Positions 32,002-40,277 of a stretch of 64,000 bases of DNA are shown here, one piece after another. The notes under the pieces are model-generated. The model saw nothing but the letters and a program-made list of their open reading frames with translations, was not told the origin of the DNA and made no database searches. Source of the stretch: a virus. The stretch spans positions 1 to 64,000 of IMG/VR virus record IMGVR_UViG_3300025849_000025; one strand, given 5' to 3'. Each line of letters starts with the position of its first letter. Position 1 is the stretch's first letter. The position numbers were made by a program, and so were the translations under genes.

Positions 32002-32460
32002 ATGGCACATAGTGGTAGATTTCGTCCAAAAAACCCCTCTAAGTACAAGGGTGACCCCACAAAGATCATTTATAGGTCTATGTGGGAGTTTAAATTCTTT
32101 AGATATGTGGATATACACCCTGATGTGATATGGTGGCAGTCGGAAGAAGTCGTAGTTCCTTACATGTCTCCTATTGACGGAAGACGCCATAGGTACTATC
32201 CTGATGTAATTGTCAATAAAAAGATTGGTGATGGTAAGTCTGCAACTGTAATGATTGAAATTAAACCTTATGCACAAACAAGACCACCTGATAGGTCTAA
32301 GAAGAACGCTACCAAGACTGGTAGGATATCAAGGAAGTATTTGAACGAGGTTAAGACTTGGGGTATTAATGACGCTAAATGGAAAGCCGCTAGGAAATTT
32401 TGCGCACAGCGTGGGTGGCAATTTGAAATTATGACGGAAAGAGAACTAGGAATAAAATAA
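32002..32460 (+). CDS. gp4: Head completion nuclease gp4 (TnsA-like PD-D/ExK)
   Basis: PKNPSKYKGDP..IIYRSMWE, HRYYPD, IEIKP, NDAKWKAA. Confidence 0.93.
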   Translation: MAHSGRFRPKNPSKYKGDPTKIIYRSMWEFKFFRYVDIHPDVIWWQSEEVVVPYMSPIDGRRHRYYPDVIVNKKIGDGKSATVMIEIKPYAQTRPPDRSKKNATKTGRISRKYLNEVKTWGINDAKWKAARKFCAQRGWQFEIMTERELGIK

Positions 32461-32461
32461 A

Positions 32462-33079
32462 ATGGTAGCAAAAGTATTCGACGATATCCTCTTGAAAGGT
32501 ATACGATCTGGACAGATGCCAGCACGTACCCAAGAAGCACGTAATTGGTATCGTGACCAAGCCAAGGCAGTTACAATGAAACAAGCTGAGGGAACCAAAC
32601 TCATCAAAGAGATGGGCAGAGATCGTTATGAAAACAGATTTAGGTTAGGTAACATGTATACGTTCATGTACGATCCTAAACACAAAGGCGATAAGTCTAA
32701 ATTGCCGTATTATGACAACTATCCTCTCATTTTTCCCATAAATAAAGCAAAGGGTGGTTTCTTGGGAATCAACCTTCACTATTTACCACCTGTGTTAAGA
32801 GCAAAATTAATGGATGCTCTATACGACACAGCAAACAACAAGAATTATACGGAAGCGACTAAACTAAAAATTAATTATGATATACTATCGGGCGCGGCAA
32901 AGTTTAACATGTTTAAGCCCACAGTAAAACACTACTTGATGAGCCAAGTCAGAACAAAGTTTGTGTATATTCAACCCACAGAGTGGGATATCGCATTGTT
33001 CTTACCAAGCCAGAAGTTTGTTGGAGCAACCAAAGCACAAGTCTGGAAAGATTCCAGAGCAATTATAAAGGGCAGATAA
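32462..33079 (+). CDS. gp2: DNA end protector gp2
   Basis: YDPKHK..LPYYD.YPLI, GINLHYLPP. Confidence 0.92.
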   Translation: MVAKVFDDILLKGIRSGQMPARTQEARNWYRDQAKAVTMKQAEGTKLIKEMGRDRYENRFRLGNMYTFMYDPKHKGDKSKLPYYDNYPLIFPINKAKGGFLGINLHYLPPVLRAKLMDALYDTANNKNYTEATKLKINYDILSGAAKFNMFKPTVKHYLMSQVRTKFVYIQPTEWDIALFLPSQKFVGATKAQVWKDSRAIIKGR

Positions 33080-33873
33080 TGGCTTTTAGTATATCAGATT
33101 TTAAAACCCAGATGGATCGCTTTGGCGGTCCTTCAAGAAGTTCTTTATTTGAAGTTACCATCGTAAACTTTCCATACTCCACTTCCTCAGCGGATTCAAG
33201 AGATATGACATTCTTCTGTAAGAACGTGGCAATCCCAGGAATTACGATAGGCATGGCTTCATACGAAGCAGTGGCACAACAAAGAAAGATGATGCCAACT
33301 AGTTTAAACCCAGAACCAGTACAAGCAATCTTTATGCTAGACTCTGATGCACAGATATTGACATTCTTCCATTCGTGGGCGCAGAGAATTGTAAACTACT
33401 CTACAGCAGGGGGTGCTTTTGCCCAAGTTGATGGCATGCTTCCATTTGAAATTGGCTACAAAGATGAATACGCTTGTCGTATCATAATTAAACACTATTC
33501 GGCTGACTATCTTGATACTGGTAGATATTACGAAACCATTTTAGATAATGCATTTCCCGGTATGATGGGAGATGTAGACTTGGCGTGGGAAAACACTGAT
33601 AGCTTTGCGGTTCTTCCAGTTAGCTTCCAATATGACAGAATACAATTTAGTGGTGAGAGAGTTGGTTCTCCTTCATCACGTTTCAACCGTGGAAATGGAC
33701 TCATAGACTTAATCGACAACATCGGTGAACTGGGTCAAATGATAGGAGCAAACCTTGTACCACGAGGTGTTCAAGACGCTGTAAACAAATTCACAAAACT
33801 AAATAATGACTTTAACAATGTATCAAGAAAAGCCAACCAAATCGGTAATCTGGCTCAGCGTACATTTAACTGA
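33079..33873 (+). CDS. gp54: Baseplate tail-tube initiator gp54-like
   Basis: Start at MAFSISDFK (TAATG overlap with gp2); R..LFEV, FFC..VAIPG and AFP motifs of the tail-tube fold. Confidence 0.75.
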   Translation: MAFSISDFKTQMDRFGGPSRSSLFEVTIVNFPYSTSSADSRDMTFFCKNVAIPGITIGMASYEAVAQQRKMMPTSLNPEPVQAIFMLDSDAQILTFFHSWAQRIVNYSTAGGAFAQVDGMLPFEIGYKDEYACRIIIKHYSADYLDTGRYYETILDNAFPGMMGDVDLAWENTDSFAVLPVSFQYDRIQFSGERVGSPSSRFNRGNGLIDLIDNIGELGQMIGANLVPRGVQDAVNKFTKLNNDFNNVSRKANQIGNLAQRTFN

Positions 33874-33896
33874 TAACTTAGAAGGATACCTATATC

Positions 33897-34598
33897 ATGG
33901 CACTACCCAAAATTGATCTACCTATGTTTGAGGCAAAATTGCCTTCTACAGGGGAAAAGATTACATACAGACCTTTTACTGTAAAAGAAGAAAAAATTAT
34001 GTTGGTTGCTGGAGAATCTGACGATGCAATGCAACAAGTGTTGGCAATAAAACAAATTGTTAACAACTGCGTACTCAATAAAGATATTTCTGATATCGCA
34101 ATGTTTGACTTGGAATATCTTCTTCTACTACTAAGAGCAAGATCAGTAGATAATGAGGTTACCTTTGAGGTTGTTGATCCTGACACATCAGAAGAAGTAA
34201 AGCTTGTTTTAGACATTGACAAGGTGTCAATCGAACTTGATGAATTGCACACTAAAAAAGTTCCAATTAATGAAGAATACACACTACTATTAAAATACCC
34301 TAGTATTGATGAGTTTATTAAGATCACGTCAATCGACACGAACGATCCCCTAGCAAGTTACTTTATTATGATATCATGTTTAGATGCAGTTGTTTCTGAA
34401 GATGAAGTACATAGCTTTAAAGACTACACCGACAAAGAAATTGATGACTTTATGGAAAATGTTAGTGGTGAGGTTGTCAAAGGAATTCAAAAGTTCTTTG
34501 ATAGCATGCCGAAACTCAGACACACTATGCCGTACAAAAACAAGAATGGTGATGATAAAACATTTGTTGTGGAGGGCATCAGAAGTTTTTTTATCTAG
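33897..34598 (+). CDS. gp26: Baseplate hub assembly protein gp26
   Basis: MALPKID.P, YRPFTVKEEKI, FDLEYL..LRARSV, FFDSMPKL. Confidence 0.9.
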   Translation: MALPKIDLPMFEAKLPSTGEKITYRPFTVKEEKIMLVAGESDDAMQQVLAIKQIVNNCVLNKDISDIAMFDLEYLLLLLRARSVDNEVTFEVVDPDTSEEVKLVLDIDKVSIELDELHTKKVPINEEYTLLLKYPSIDEFIKITSIDTNDPLASYFIMISCLDAVVSEDEVHSFKDYTDKEIDDFMENVSGEVVKGIQKFFDSMPKLRHTMPYKNKNGDDKTFVVEGIRSFFI

Positions 34599-34633
34599 CG
34601 CTGTGTCACATAACGTTGGGCGATTACTATAAA

Positions 34634-34765
34634 ATGATGTTCTCCATGGCACAACATCATAAATACTCAATAACGGAGCTAGAAAGCATGCTACCTTATG
34701 AACGCGATTTGTACTTTGGAATGTTAGTAGATTATTTAGAACAACAACAAGAGAAAAATAAGTAG
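34634..34765 (+). CDS. gp51: gp51-like baseplate hub assembly catalyst (possibly expressed via a -1 frameshift from gp26)
   Basis: Not in the ORF track. MMFSMAQHHKYSITELESMLPYERDLYFGMLVDYLEQQQEKNK matches the gp51-type HHKYS..ELE.M.P.ER motif, and the frame is open upstream into the end of gp26. Confidence 0.8.
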   Translation: MMFSMAQHHKYSITELESMLPYERDLYFGMLVDYLEQQQEKNK

Positions 34766-34772
34766 GAAAATC

Positions 34773-36707
34773 ATGGCAAGCACAGCAATATCACCAGAGA
34801 CACAAGCAATTGTTGACAAATTAAAACATGAGGGCGAACTAATTCGCAACCGTGGTGTCAATTCTGTGCGTTCCTTGAACATTAAGTTAGATAAATTTGA
34901 TGGTCTTTTTTCGTCTATTAATAAAAACATGTCTGAACAAACAGCATTACTTGAAAGACAAGCAGGTCTTGCTGATCGTGCTGATGCTAGACTTGCAAAC
35001 CAAGAACAGTTTGATGAACTTGAAAGAAAAGAAGCTCCACCTTCTGTTGATACTAGCGCCAATAAAGGACGTGATGATACCAACATTAATAAGATGGGTG
35101 ATGCTATTGGAAAAGCATTTACTATGCAAAGTCTTAAGAATGTTGCAATGTTGGCTGGTGGTGCGTTTATTGGGTATAACTTAATCAAAGGTGCTATTGA
35201 TGAAAAAACTAATGGTGGGTTCTCTGCGTTTGAAAGTAATGTAGGTAATTTTGCGCGTGGAATGGGCGATATCAATTTCACCGAAATGAAAGAGACTTTC
35301 GCTACTCTAACAACATCTATTTCTGGGATAGCGGCAAGCTTAACTTCACTCACAGCTACGCTTGATAAGATTATGAGTATTGATTGGGAAACAATTGTAA
35401 CTGGCGTACTAACAAGTATTGGATTGTTGACTGCGTACAACCTAACAATGAAAGCCGCCATAATGCTAATGGGTGGAAGCGCATTGTTTGGCGGTAAAGC
35501 TAGATTCTTTAAAGCATTACTTGGGGCTGGGGTTGGCGTAGCCACTCTCAACAGCTTAGTAGATACAGATGCGGATAGACAGAGAATAACTGATGCTGAT
35601 GCAAATAAAAGAGGCAATCTTTCTCCAAACCAAAGAGCGGCATTATCTGGCACTGGTGCATATGCATATGAACCTTCACCAAAAGTAGTTACTACTTCAC
35701 CAAGACAACCAAACTTTACTTACGATCCAGATAGTGACGTTTACAGGAGCAATAAGACTGGTGGTGTATTGCATGGCAATGCAAGAACAGCGGCTGAGAA
35801 TGCAAGACTGAGAGCGATGGGACCACCTAGAATACAAATGCCAGACAGAACGCCATCAGGTGCGTTTAAAATACCCGCCGTTGCCGCTCCAACCCCAAAG
35901 ATGCTTGCTGACGAATTCTTAAAGGCTAATAAAGCAACAATTGCACGAAAAGCAATCCAAAAAATTCCTGGTGTTGTGGCAAAATCATTCCCAGTTGTGG
36001 GAACACTACTTGGTTTAGGGTTTATGATTTGGAGTCTTTCAAAAGGTGATTGGACATCTGCGGCACTAGAAGGTGGCAGTCTTGCCGCCCCATCTTTGGC
36101 AGGACTTCCGCTAGACATCGCGGCTGCTGGTACTGCAATCTTCCACGAAATTACTGGGGATACTTACTTAAATACAGAAGAACATAGATTGATCGCAAAG
36201 GGTATCATAGAAGTGATGCACGATGCTTACATTGCATACATGGAAGACAAAGATACCCAAAGAAGAAGAGCATTCGACGCATTACCAGAGAGTGAACGTG
36301 CGGCAATTACCGCCGAACAAGAATATATTGCTGGTGGTGGTAGACCTGGTGGAAGAGTTCTTGAAAGAGGAAATACATCAATAGGTAGCATGTCTTTGGG
36401 TAGCTATAGTGGTCCTGATAATGTATTAAATAACAGCCCATACTTCAAAGGTAATTATTTCCAAGGTAGTGATGGTATTTACTTCCAAGCATCACCACAA
36501 AACGGTGGTGGAATGGCTCGAAGAATAGGAACAGTTGGCGAATTGAGCGCATCAAGTGGCGTAACCCTAATTAACGCACAACAGAGCAATCCAGTTACAG
36601 TAAACAACGTACAAGGTGCGCAAACACAAAATAGTCTAGCAGTTGTTGGTGGTGGCGGTAGAGATGCAGAGTTTGCACAAAACTTCCTACCTTACTTCGC
36701 AAAATAA
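34773..36707 (+). CDS. Tape-measure-like / baseplate hub gp29-like protein
   Basis: 644-aa helical Ala/Gly-rich protein with hydrophobic segments, directly after gp26/gp51. Confidence 0.65.
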   Translation: MASTAISPETQAIVDKLKHEGELIRNRGVNSVRSLNIKLDKFDGLFSSINKNMSEQTALLERQAGLADRADARLANQEQFDELERKEAPPSVDTSANKGRDDTNINKMGDAIGKAFTMQSLKNVAMLAGGAFIGYNLIKGAIDEKTNGGFSAFESNVGNFARGMGDINFTEMKETFATLTTSISGIAASLTSLTATLDKIMSIDWETIVTGVLTSIGLLTAYNLTMKAAIMLMGGSALFGGKARFFKALLGAGVGVATLNSLVDTDADRQRITDADANKRGNLSPNQRAALSGTGAYAYEPSPKVVTTSPRQPNFTYDPDSDVYRSNKTGGVLHGNARTAAENARLRAMGPPRIQMPDRTPSGAFKIPAVAAPTPKMLADEFLKANKATIARKAIQKIPGVVAKSFPVVGTLLGLGFMIWSLSKGDWTSAALEGGSLAAPSLAGLPLDIAAAGTAIFHEITGDTYLNTEEHRLIAKGIIEVMHDAYIAYMEDKDTQRRRAFDALPESERAAITAEQEYIAGGGRPGGRVLERGNTSIGSMSLGSYSGPDNVLNNSPYFKGNYFQGSDGIYFQASPQNGGGMARRIGTVGELSASSGVTLINAQQSNPVTVNNVQGAQTQNSLAVVGGGGRDAEFAQNFLPYFAK

Positions 36708-36741
36708 AAAAAGGGTTGCAATTTAATAAAGCAACCCTTTT
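36706..36741. terminator. Bidirectional intrinsic terminator
   Basis: AAAAGGGTTGC-loop-GCAACCCTTTT hairpin at the convergence of + and - genes. Confidence 0.8.
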
Positions 36742-36767
36742 AGGACTATCACGTATTTGAGATACGC

Positions 36768-37103
36768 TTAAGTATGAGAATTAATGTGCGCCCTAAGTTT
36801 ATCTGCAATCTTGGCAAAGTATTTACCACCCGCATAGATAGTTGGTTCATCATCCCAATGTCCTTCACGGTAATCGATGTCGGCACGGTTGTCGAGATCA
36901 GCACGGAACTCTTTTAGAATATTAATGTCTACCATCGTAGACTTCTTAATGTTACCAGACAGAAATTCGTCAAGGAACTCAACGTAGCTGTCACACAGAG
37001 ACTTAGGCTCAATGCCTTCAGCACACTCAATGAAGTTTGACAATTCACTATGCACATAGTCTTTCTGACCACGCATGATAATTCCAAAAGGGATTTTACT
37101 CAT
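36768..37103 (-). CDS. Hypothetical protein
   Basis: ORF with AGGAG SD. Confidence 0.75.
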   Translation of the reverse strand: MSKIPFGIIMRGQKDYVHSELSNFIECAEGIEPKSLCDSYVEFLDEFLSGNIKKSTMVDINILKEFRADLDNRADIDYREGHWDDEPTIYAGGKYFAKIADKLRAHINSHT

Positions 37104-37114
37104 ATATGTACTCC

Positions 37115-37408
37115 TTACCGTACTTGAATATCGATTTGATTAACAAGGTCTTCAACAAAAATGTCTGATACCTTCTTATCGGTGATTACTTTGTATTCTC
37201 CTTTTACTTTCCGCACCCGAACGAATGCGATGTCATATAGATCAGAACCGTTCAATGTGATTTGCACTTGTCCTTTCCATCCAACCATACCACTAGTTTT
37301 AAACTGAAGACCTTCACTCAAGGCAACTTTGTTCTTAGTACCCCAAGCCCAAAAGGCCATTGGGTCAAGACATTTGATTTGGTCATTGATGATATTTGCG
37401 ATTGACAT
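37115..37408 (-). CDS. Hypothetical early protein
   Basis: ORF downstream of a sigma70 promoter cassette. Confidence 0.75.
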   Translation of the reverse strand: MSIANIINDQIKCLDPMAFWAWGTKNKVALSEGLQFKTSGMVGWKGQVQITLNGSDLYDIAFVRVRKVKGEYKVITDKKVSDIFVEDLVNQIDIQVR

Positions 37409-37441
37409 GTTTAGAACTCTCTCTGATTCTGTTTACTTCTT

Positions 37442-37478
37442 AAATTAACAAATTGAGAAGGGGGTGTCAACCCCCTAT
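37442..37478 (-). promoter_or_regulatory. sigma70 promoter with -35 in a hairpin loop (AGGGGG-TTGACA-CCCCCT)
   Basis: TTGACA-N17-TAATTT. Confidence 0.65.
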
Positions 37479-37480
37479 TT

Positions 37481-37732
37481 TTATGCCGCTTCCAACATTG
37501 AGAAAGGAACAGTGTAACGTGAGCCACGCATAGACACGACAGCTTTCTTAGGGTTCATCTTTTCGATGACGCCTTGAGTACGTTTTGTTTTCTGAACAAC
37601 CCAAACTGAGTCACCAACATTAAAAGTGGCTTGAGCGCTAATCGCTTTGATCTGTTGTGCGATGTTCATGATTTGTGACAACTCTGTTTGTGTCATTGTC
37701 ATCATTGCGTTCTTGATATCTGTTACGTTCAT
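37481..37732 (-). CDS. Hypothetical early protein (SH3/KOW-like C-terminus)
   Basis: Probable start MNVTDIK; FNVGDSVWV motif. Confidence 0.7.
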   Translation of the reverse strand: MNVTDIKNAMMTMTQTELSQIMNIAQQIKAISAQATFNVGDSVWVVQKTKRTQGVIEKMNPKKAVVSMRGSRYTVPFSMLEAA

Positions 37733-37767
37733 TTTGTTTTCTTTCTGATTAATTAACTTACTCATAT

Positions 37768-37796
37768 GTTATAGAATCAAAAAAGGGTGCTGTCAA
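37768..37796 (-). promoter_or_regulatory. Early promoter TTGACA-N17-TATAAC with GATTC abutting -10
   Basis: One of five copies sharing the TTGATTCTATAA core. Confidence 0.8.
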
Positions 37797-37831
37797 GCAC
37801 TAAAGTAACTTTATTCTAACTTAATTAAGAT

Positions 37832-37912
37832 TGGTGTCAGTTAAGGAATTGAACCTTAATCATCCATGATATGACGCCTAGATATCCATTGGATTAGTAA
37901 ACCTACCTGACA
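37832..37912 (-). ncRNA. tRNA-like RNA ending in CCA (non-canonical)
   Basis: TGTCAG...CTGACA-CCA acceptor-like stem; T arm TAAGG-TTCAATT-CCTTA; central GATAT/ATATC stem with 9-nt loop; own sigma70 promoter upstream. Confidence 0.6.
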
Positions 37913-37955
37913 TAAGTTCTTAAATAGAATCATTTATTATCATAAGGGATACCCT

Positions 37956-37984
37956 ATTATACCACAGATAGTGATACTTGTCAA
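37956..37984 (-). promoter_or_regulatory. Consensus sigma70 promoter TTGACA-N17-TATAAT with extended -10
   Basis: TTGACAAGTATCACTATCTGTGGTATAAT, pointing into the tRNA-like element. Confidence 0.8.
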
Positions 37985-37991
37985 GTCTTTT

Positions 37992-38402
37992 TTACTTATA
38001 ATTGATAAATTTATCTGGGCTTCTGAAATTCTTTTTGCGCATAATTGTTTTCATAACAACGTCGAATTCGTCATTACGTCTGTCATATGTAACTGCAACT
38101 GGAATGTTCAAATCTTTTTGGATGTCTTTAAGAACAGCCTCAGCACCCGCAACATCTTTAATAGACTTGCCTTTCTGTGCATAAACCTTCTTGATGAAAT
38201 CAGCCAATTCTTTAAGGCTAATACAAGGAGTATTACGTTCATCGCCCATACGATCAGCAAAGTGTCGTGTGAAGTTGAAGTCAATATCGTACTTCTTAAA
38301 GAGTTGATCAACAATCTTTTCAAACTGCTTGATCTGTTTCATGCCAATCAAGTCACATGATTTAGCTTCAGCCTCAGCCAAGTGTTGTTTAAAATTTTTC
38401 AT
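37992..38402 (-). CDS. Putative internal head protein, possible BECR/RelE-like RNase
   Basis: N-terminal MKNFKQHLAE capsid-targeting-like motif; FTRHFADR and VVMKTIMRK motifs. Confidence 0.6.
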   Translation of the reverse strand: MKNFKQHLAEAEAKSCDLIGMKQIKQFEKIVDQLFKKYDIDFNFTRHFADRMGDERNTPCISLKELADFIKKVYAQKGKSIKDVAGAEAVLKDIQKDLNIPVAVTYDRRNDEFDVVMKTIMRKKNFRSPDKFINYK

Positions 38403-38986
38403 TCTTCAAACTCCTTAAGTTTCACACGGATAGCTTTTATCATCTTCCTGTGAGTTCCAGTCAGTGTACGGTTCTTTTCCAATTCATCCATAATCTGAGT
38501 GGTTTGTTTTTTATAATTCGATGCCCATTTTTTAGTCTTTGCTGTGTTCAGATCACTTACGTTGTGAAGACGATCTGCCAACTTAACAACCAAAGCCCAA
38601 CTGCTCATGCTAGACATTTTAGCACTTAGGTAATCTGCTTTACTTGCTTTGAATTCTTTGCTTTGTTCATCAGAAGTCAGTTCTTTAACCATAGAGGCTA
38701 CCAAGCCACCAAACATCTTTGTGATGTCTTCTTGCTCAGTGTCGGTGTCTTCTACTGTATCGTGAAGGTATGCGGCACTGATCAAAGCTTCTATGTTATG
38801 AGACTTCTTAAACTGCTTTACAATTTTAGCAACTTCTACAGGGTGGGTAATGTAAGACTTGCCATCAGTACGAGTCTGCTTCCTATGAGCATTAGCCGCA
38901 AACCTAATGGCTTTCTGTGATTGCGTCAAGCTTGCACCCTTAGCCTCTGCTAATTGCTCCGTGACGTAATCTTTGAACCTTTTCAT
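38399..38986 (-). CDS. HD-domain (p)ppGpp hydrolase-like protein (SpoT/Mesh1-type small alarmone hydrolase), putative internal head protein
   Basis: AHRKQTR..G.SYITHP, AAYLHDTVEDT and VKLADRLHN motifs; N-terminal MKRFKDYVTE. Confidence 0.88.
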   Translation of the reverse strand: MKRFKDYVTEQLAEAKGASLTQSQKAIRFAANAHRKQTRTDGKSYITHPVEVAKIVKQFKKSHNIEALISAAYLHDTVEDTDTEQEDITKMFGGLVASMVKELTSDEQSKEFKASKADYLSAKMSSMSSWALVVKLADRLHNVSDLNTAKTKKWASNYKKQTTQIMDELEKNRTLTGTHRKMIKAIRVKLKEFEE

Positions 38987-38989
38987 TTC

Positions 38990-39322
38990 TTATTCCTTGT
39001 AAAGATAGAAGCATTTATCAGCACGTTGAAAGCTGTACCCCTTAATTTGTTTTCCTGCACGTTCATACAGATTAGCACGTTTTTCATCAGTCACATCAAA
39101 CATATACCACTTTGCACGATCAGCCTTAACAAGTTCTACAAAAGCTTTTGTCAGCTTACGATACAGTCCAACAGGGTTAGGTGTATCCCCTTCAATGGTA
39201 TACACCTTGATATGTTCAATGTCACCCATCCATTCGTCTATGTCATTTTTATACATGACGATCTTGTTATCTACTGCTTCAACGCAGTATACAAAACCCT
39301 CATGATCTACTTCTATTTCCAT
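38990..39322 (-). CDS. Hypothetical protein
   Basis: 110-aa ORF with RANLYER motif and its own sigma70 promoter (TTGACA 39371-39376). Confidence 0.7.
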   Translation of the reverse strand: MEIEVDHEGFVYCVEAVDNKIVMYKNDIDEWMGDIEHIKVYTIEGDTPNPVGLYRKLTKAFVELVKADRAKWYMFDVTDEKRANLYERAGKQIKGYSFQRADKCFYLYKE

Positions 39323-39384
39323 AACAAATTCTTTCTCTTACTGTAGAAAGATACTCAATGCAACCTTGGGTGTCAAGGTCTTTT

Positions 39385-40245
39385 TTACTTACCCTTCAAC
39401 TTTCTTCGTGTCTGACGATCCATTTGCGACAATCCAGAAGTCTTTATATACTTTGATTTCTGCTTATCAACATTGATTCCTGCACCACCACCTCTGGCGT
39501 TGCCTTTGTCAAATGCTCTCTTGCCGTGACGCAATAGTTTTTGAGTTTCTTTAGAACCTTTGATTTCGTCTGATGCTGATCTGAAGTCATCATACTGACC
39601 ACCCGCAATTTTCTTTGCAGAATAAAGCTTCTTAGTCATCAATTGAATTTCTGTGTTCACACCATCAACGTCAACTGAAAAGTGTACAGAACCGTAATAG
39701 CCAAACTGTTTGTCGCCACCACGTTCTTTTGGGTCAAACTCTGATACTGATTTAAATGCTTTGAAAATGTTTTTTGAAACAACACCGATATCTTTTTCGT
39801 CGTTTACTAGGATTGAACCACGCAACCAATCATTCATCTTTGATGGGTCTTTACCACGGTCAACAGTCTTGTTTACGAATGCCCTAAGCTTCTTAACATC
39901 AACCATAATCTTCGCGTTCTGAACACCCTTGAGCGCAGTCTTCAAACCAGATTCGTATTTCTTGAGGCGGTCTTTAATGATAGGCTCATACTTTTGGTAG
40001 AGCGCAACGACTTTTTCTTTGTCGTTCTTACCAGTAAAATCTTTGATTTTTTCATCAGCCCAAAATGTCTTTTTGGCGGGCTTCAATTTTTTGCTAAGTC
40101 TTTTAATTAAGGAGTCGTCTAGGTTTTCAATCAAACCATTTTCTGCAAGAAGCTCTAAACAGATGCTTTCTAGGATTGCATCAATGTTTTCAATGTCGCC
40201 CCATTCGGCTGAATTCTCGTTAATAAAGCTTTTAAAGTTTAGCAT
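39385..40245 (-). CDS. RelA/SpoT synthetase-like nucleotidyltransferase (small alarmone synthetase-like), putative internal head protein
   Basis: Likely start MLNFKSFINE (GAGG SD). Motifs VKKLRAFVNK, NDWLRGSILV, GYYGSVHF and TEIQLMT occur in SYNTH order. Confidence 0.72.
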   Translation of the reverse strand: MLNFKSFINENSAEWGDIENIDAILESICLELLAENGLIENLDDSLIKRLSKKLKPAKKTFWADEKIKDFTGKNDKEKVVALYQKYEPIIKDRLKKYESGLKTALKGVQNAKIMVDVKKLRAFVNKTVDRGKDPSKMNDWLRGSILVNDEKDIGVVSKNIFKAFKSVSEFDPKERGGDKQFGYYGSVHFSVDVDGVNTEIQLMTKKLYSAKKIAGGQYDDFRSASDEIKGSKETQKLLRHGKRAFDKGNARGGGAGINVDKQKSKYIKTSGLSQMDRQTRRKLKGK

Positions 40246-40277
40246 ATCGTCCTCATGTGTTCTACTTAGTATAGTGT

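Noticed and set aside
34736-35653. 305-aa minus-strand ORF
   Set aside because: Antisense to the tape-measure-like gene; composition typical of a reverse-frame shadow.
37740-37860. CtrA boxes (TTAA-N7-TTAA) in TTAA-rich intergenic DNA
   Set aside because: TTAA half-sites are present but not at the required 7-nt spacing.
37832-37912. Calling the element a canonical tRNA with a defined anticodon
   Set aside because: 9-nt loop, weak D arm and irregular acceptor geometry; reported as a tRNA-like ncRNA instead.
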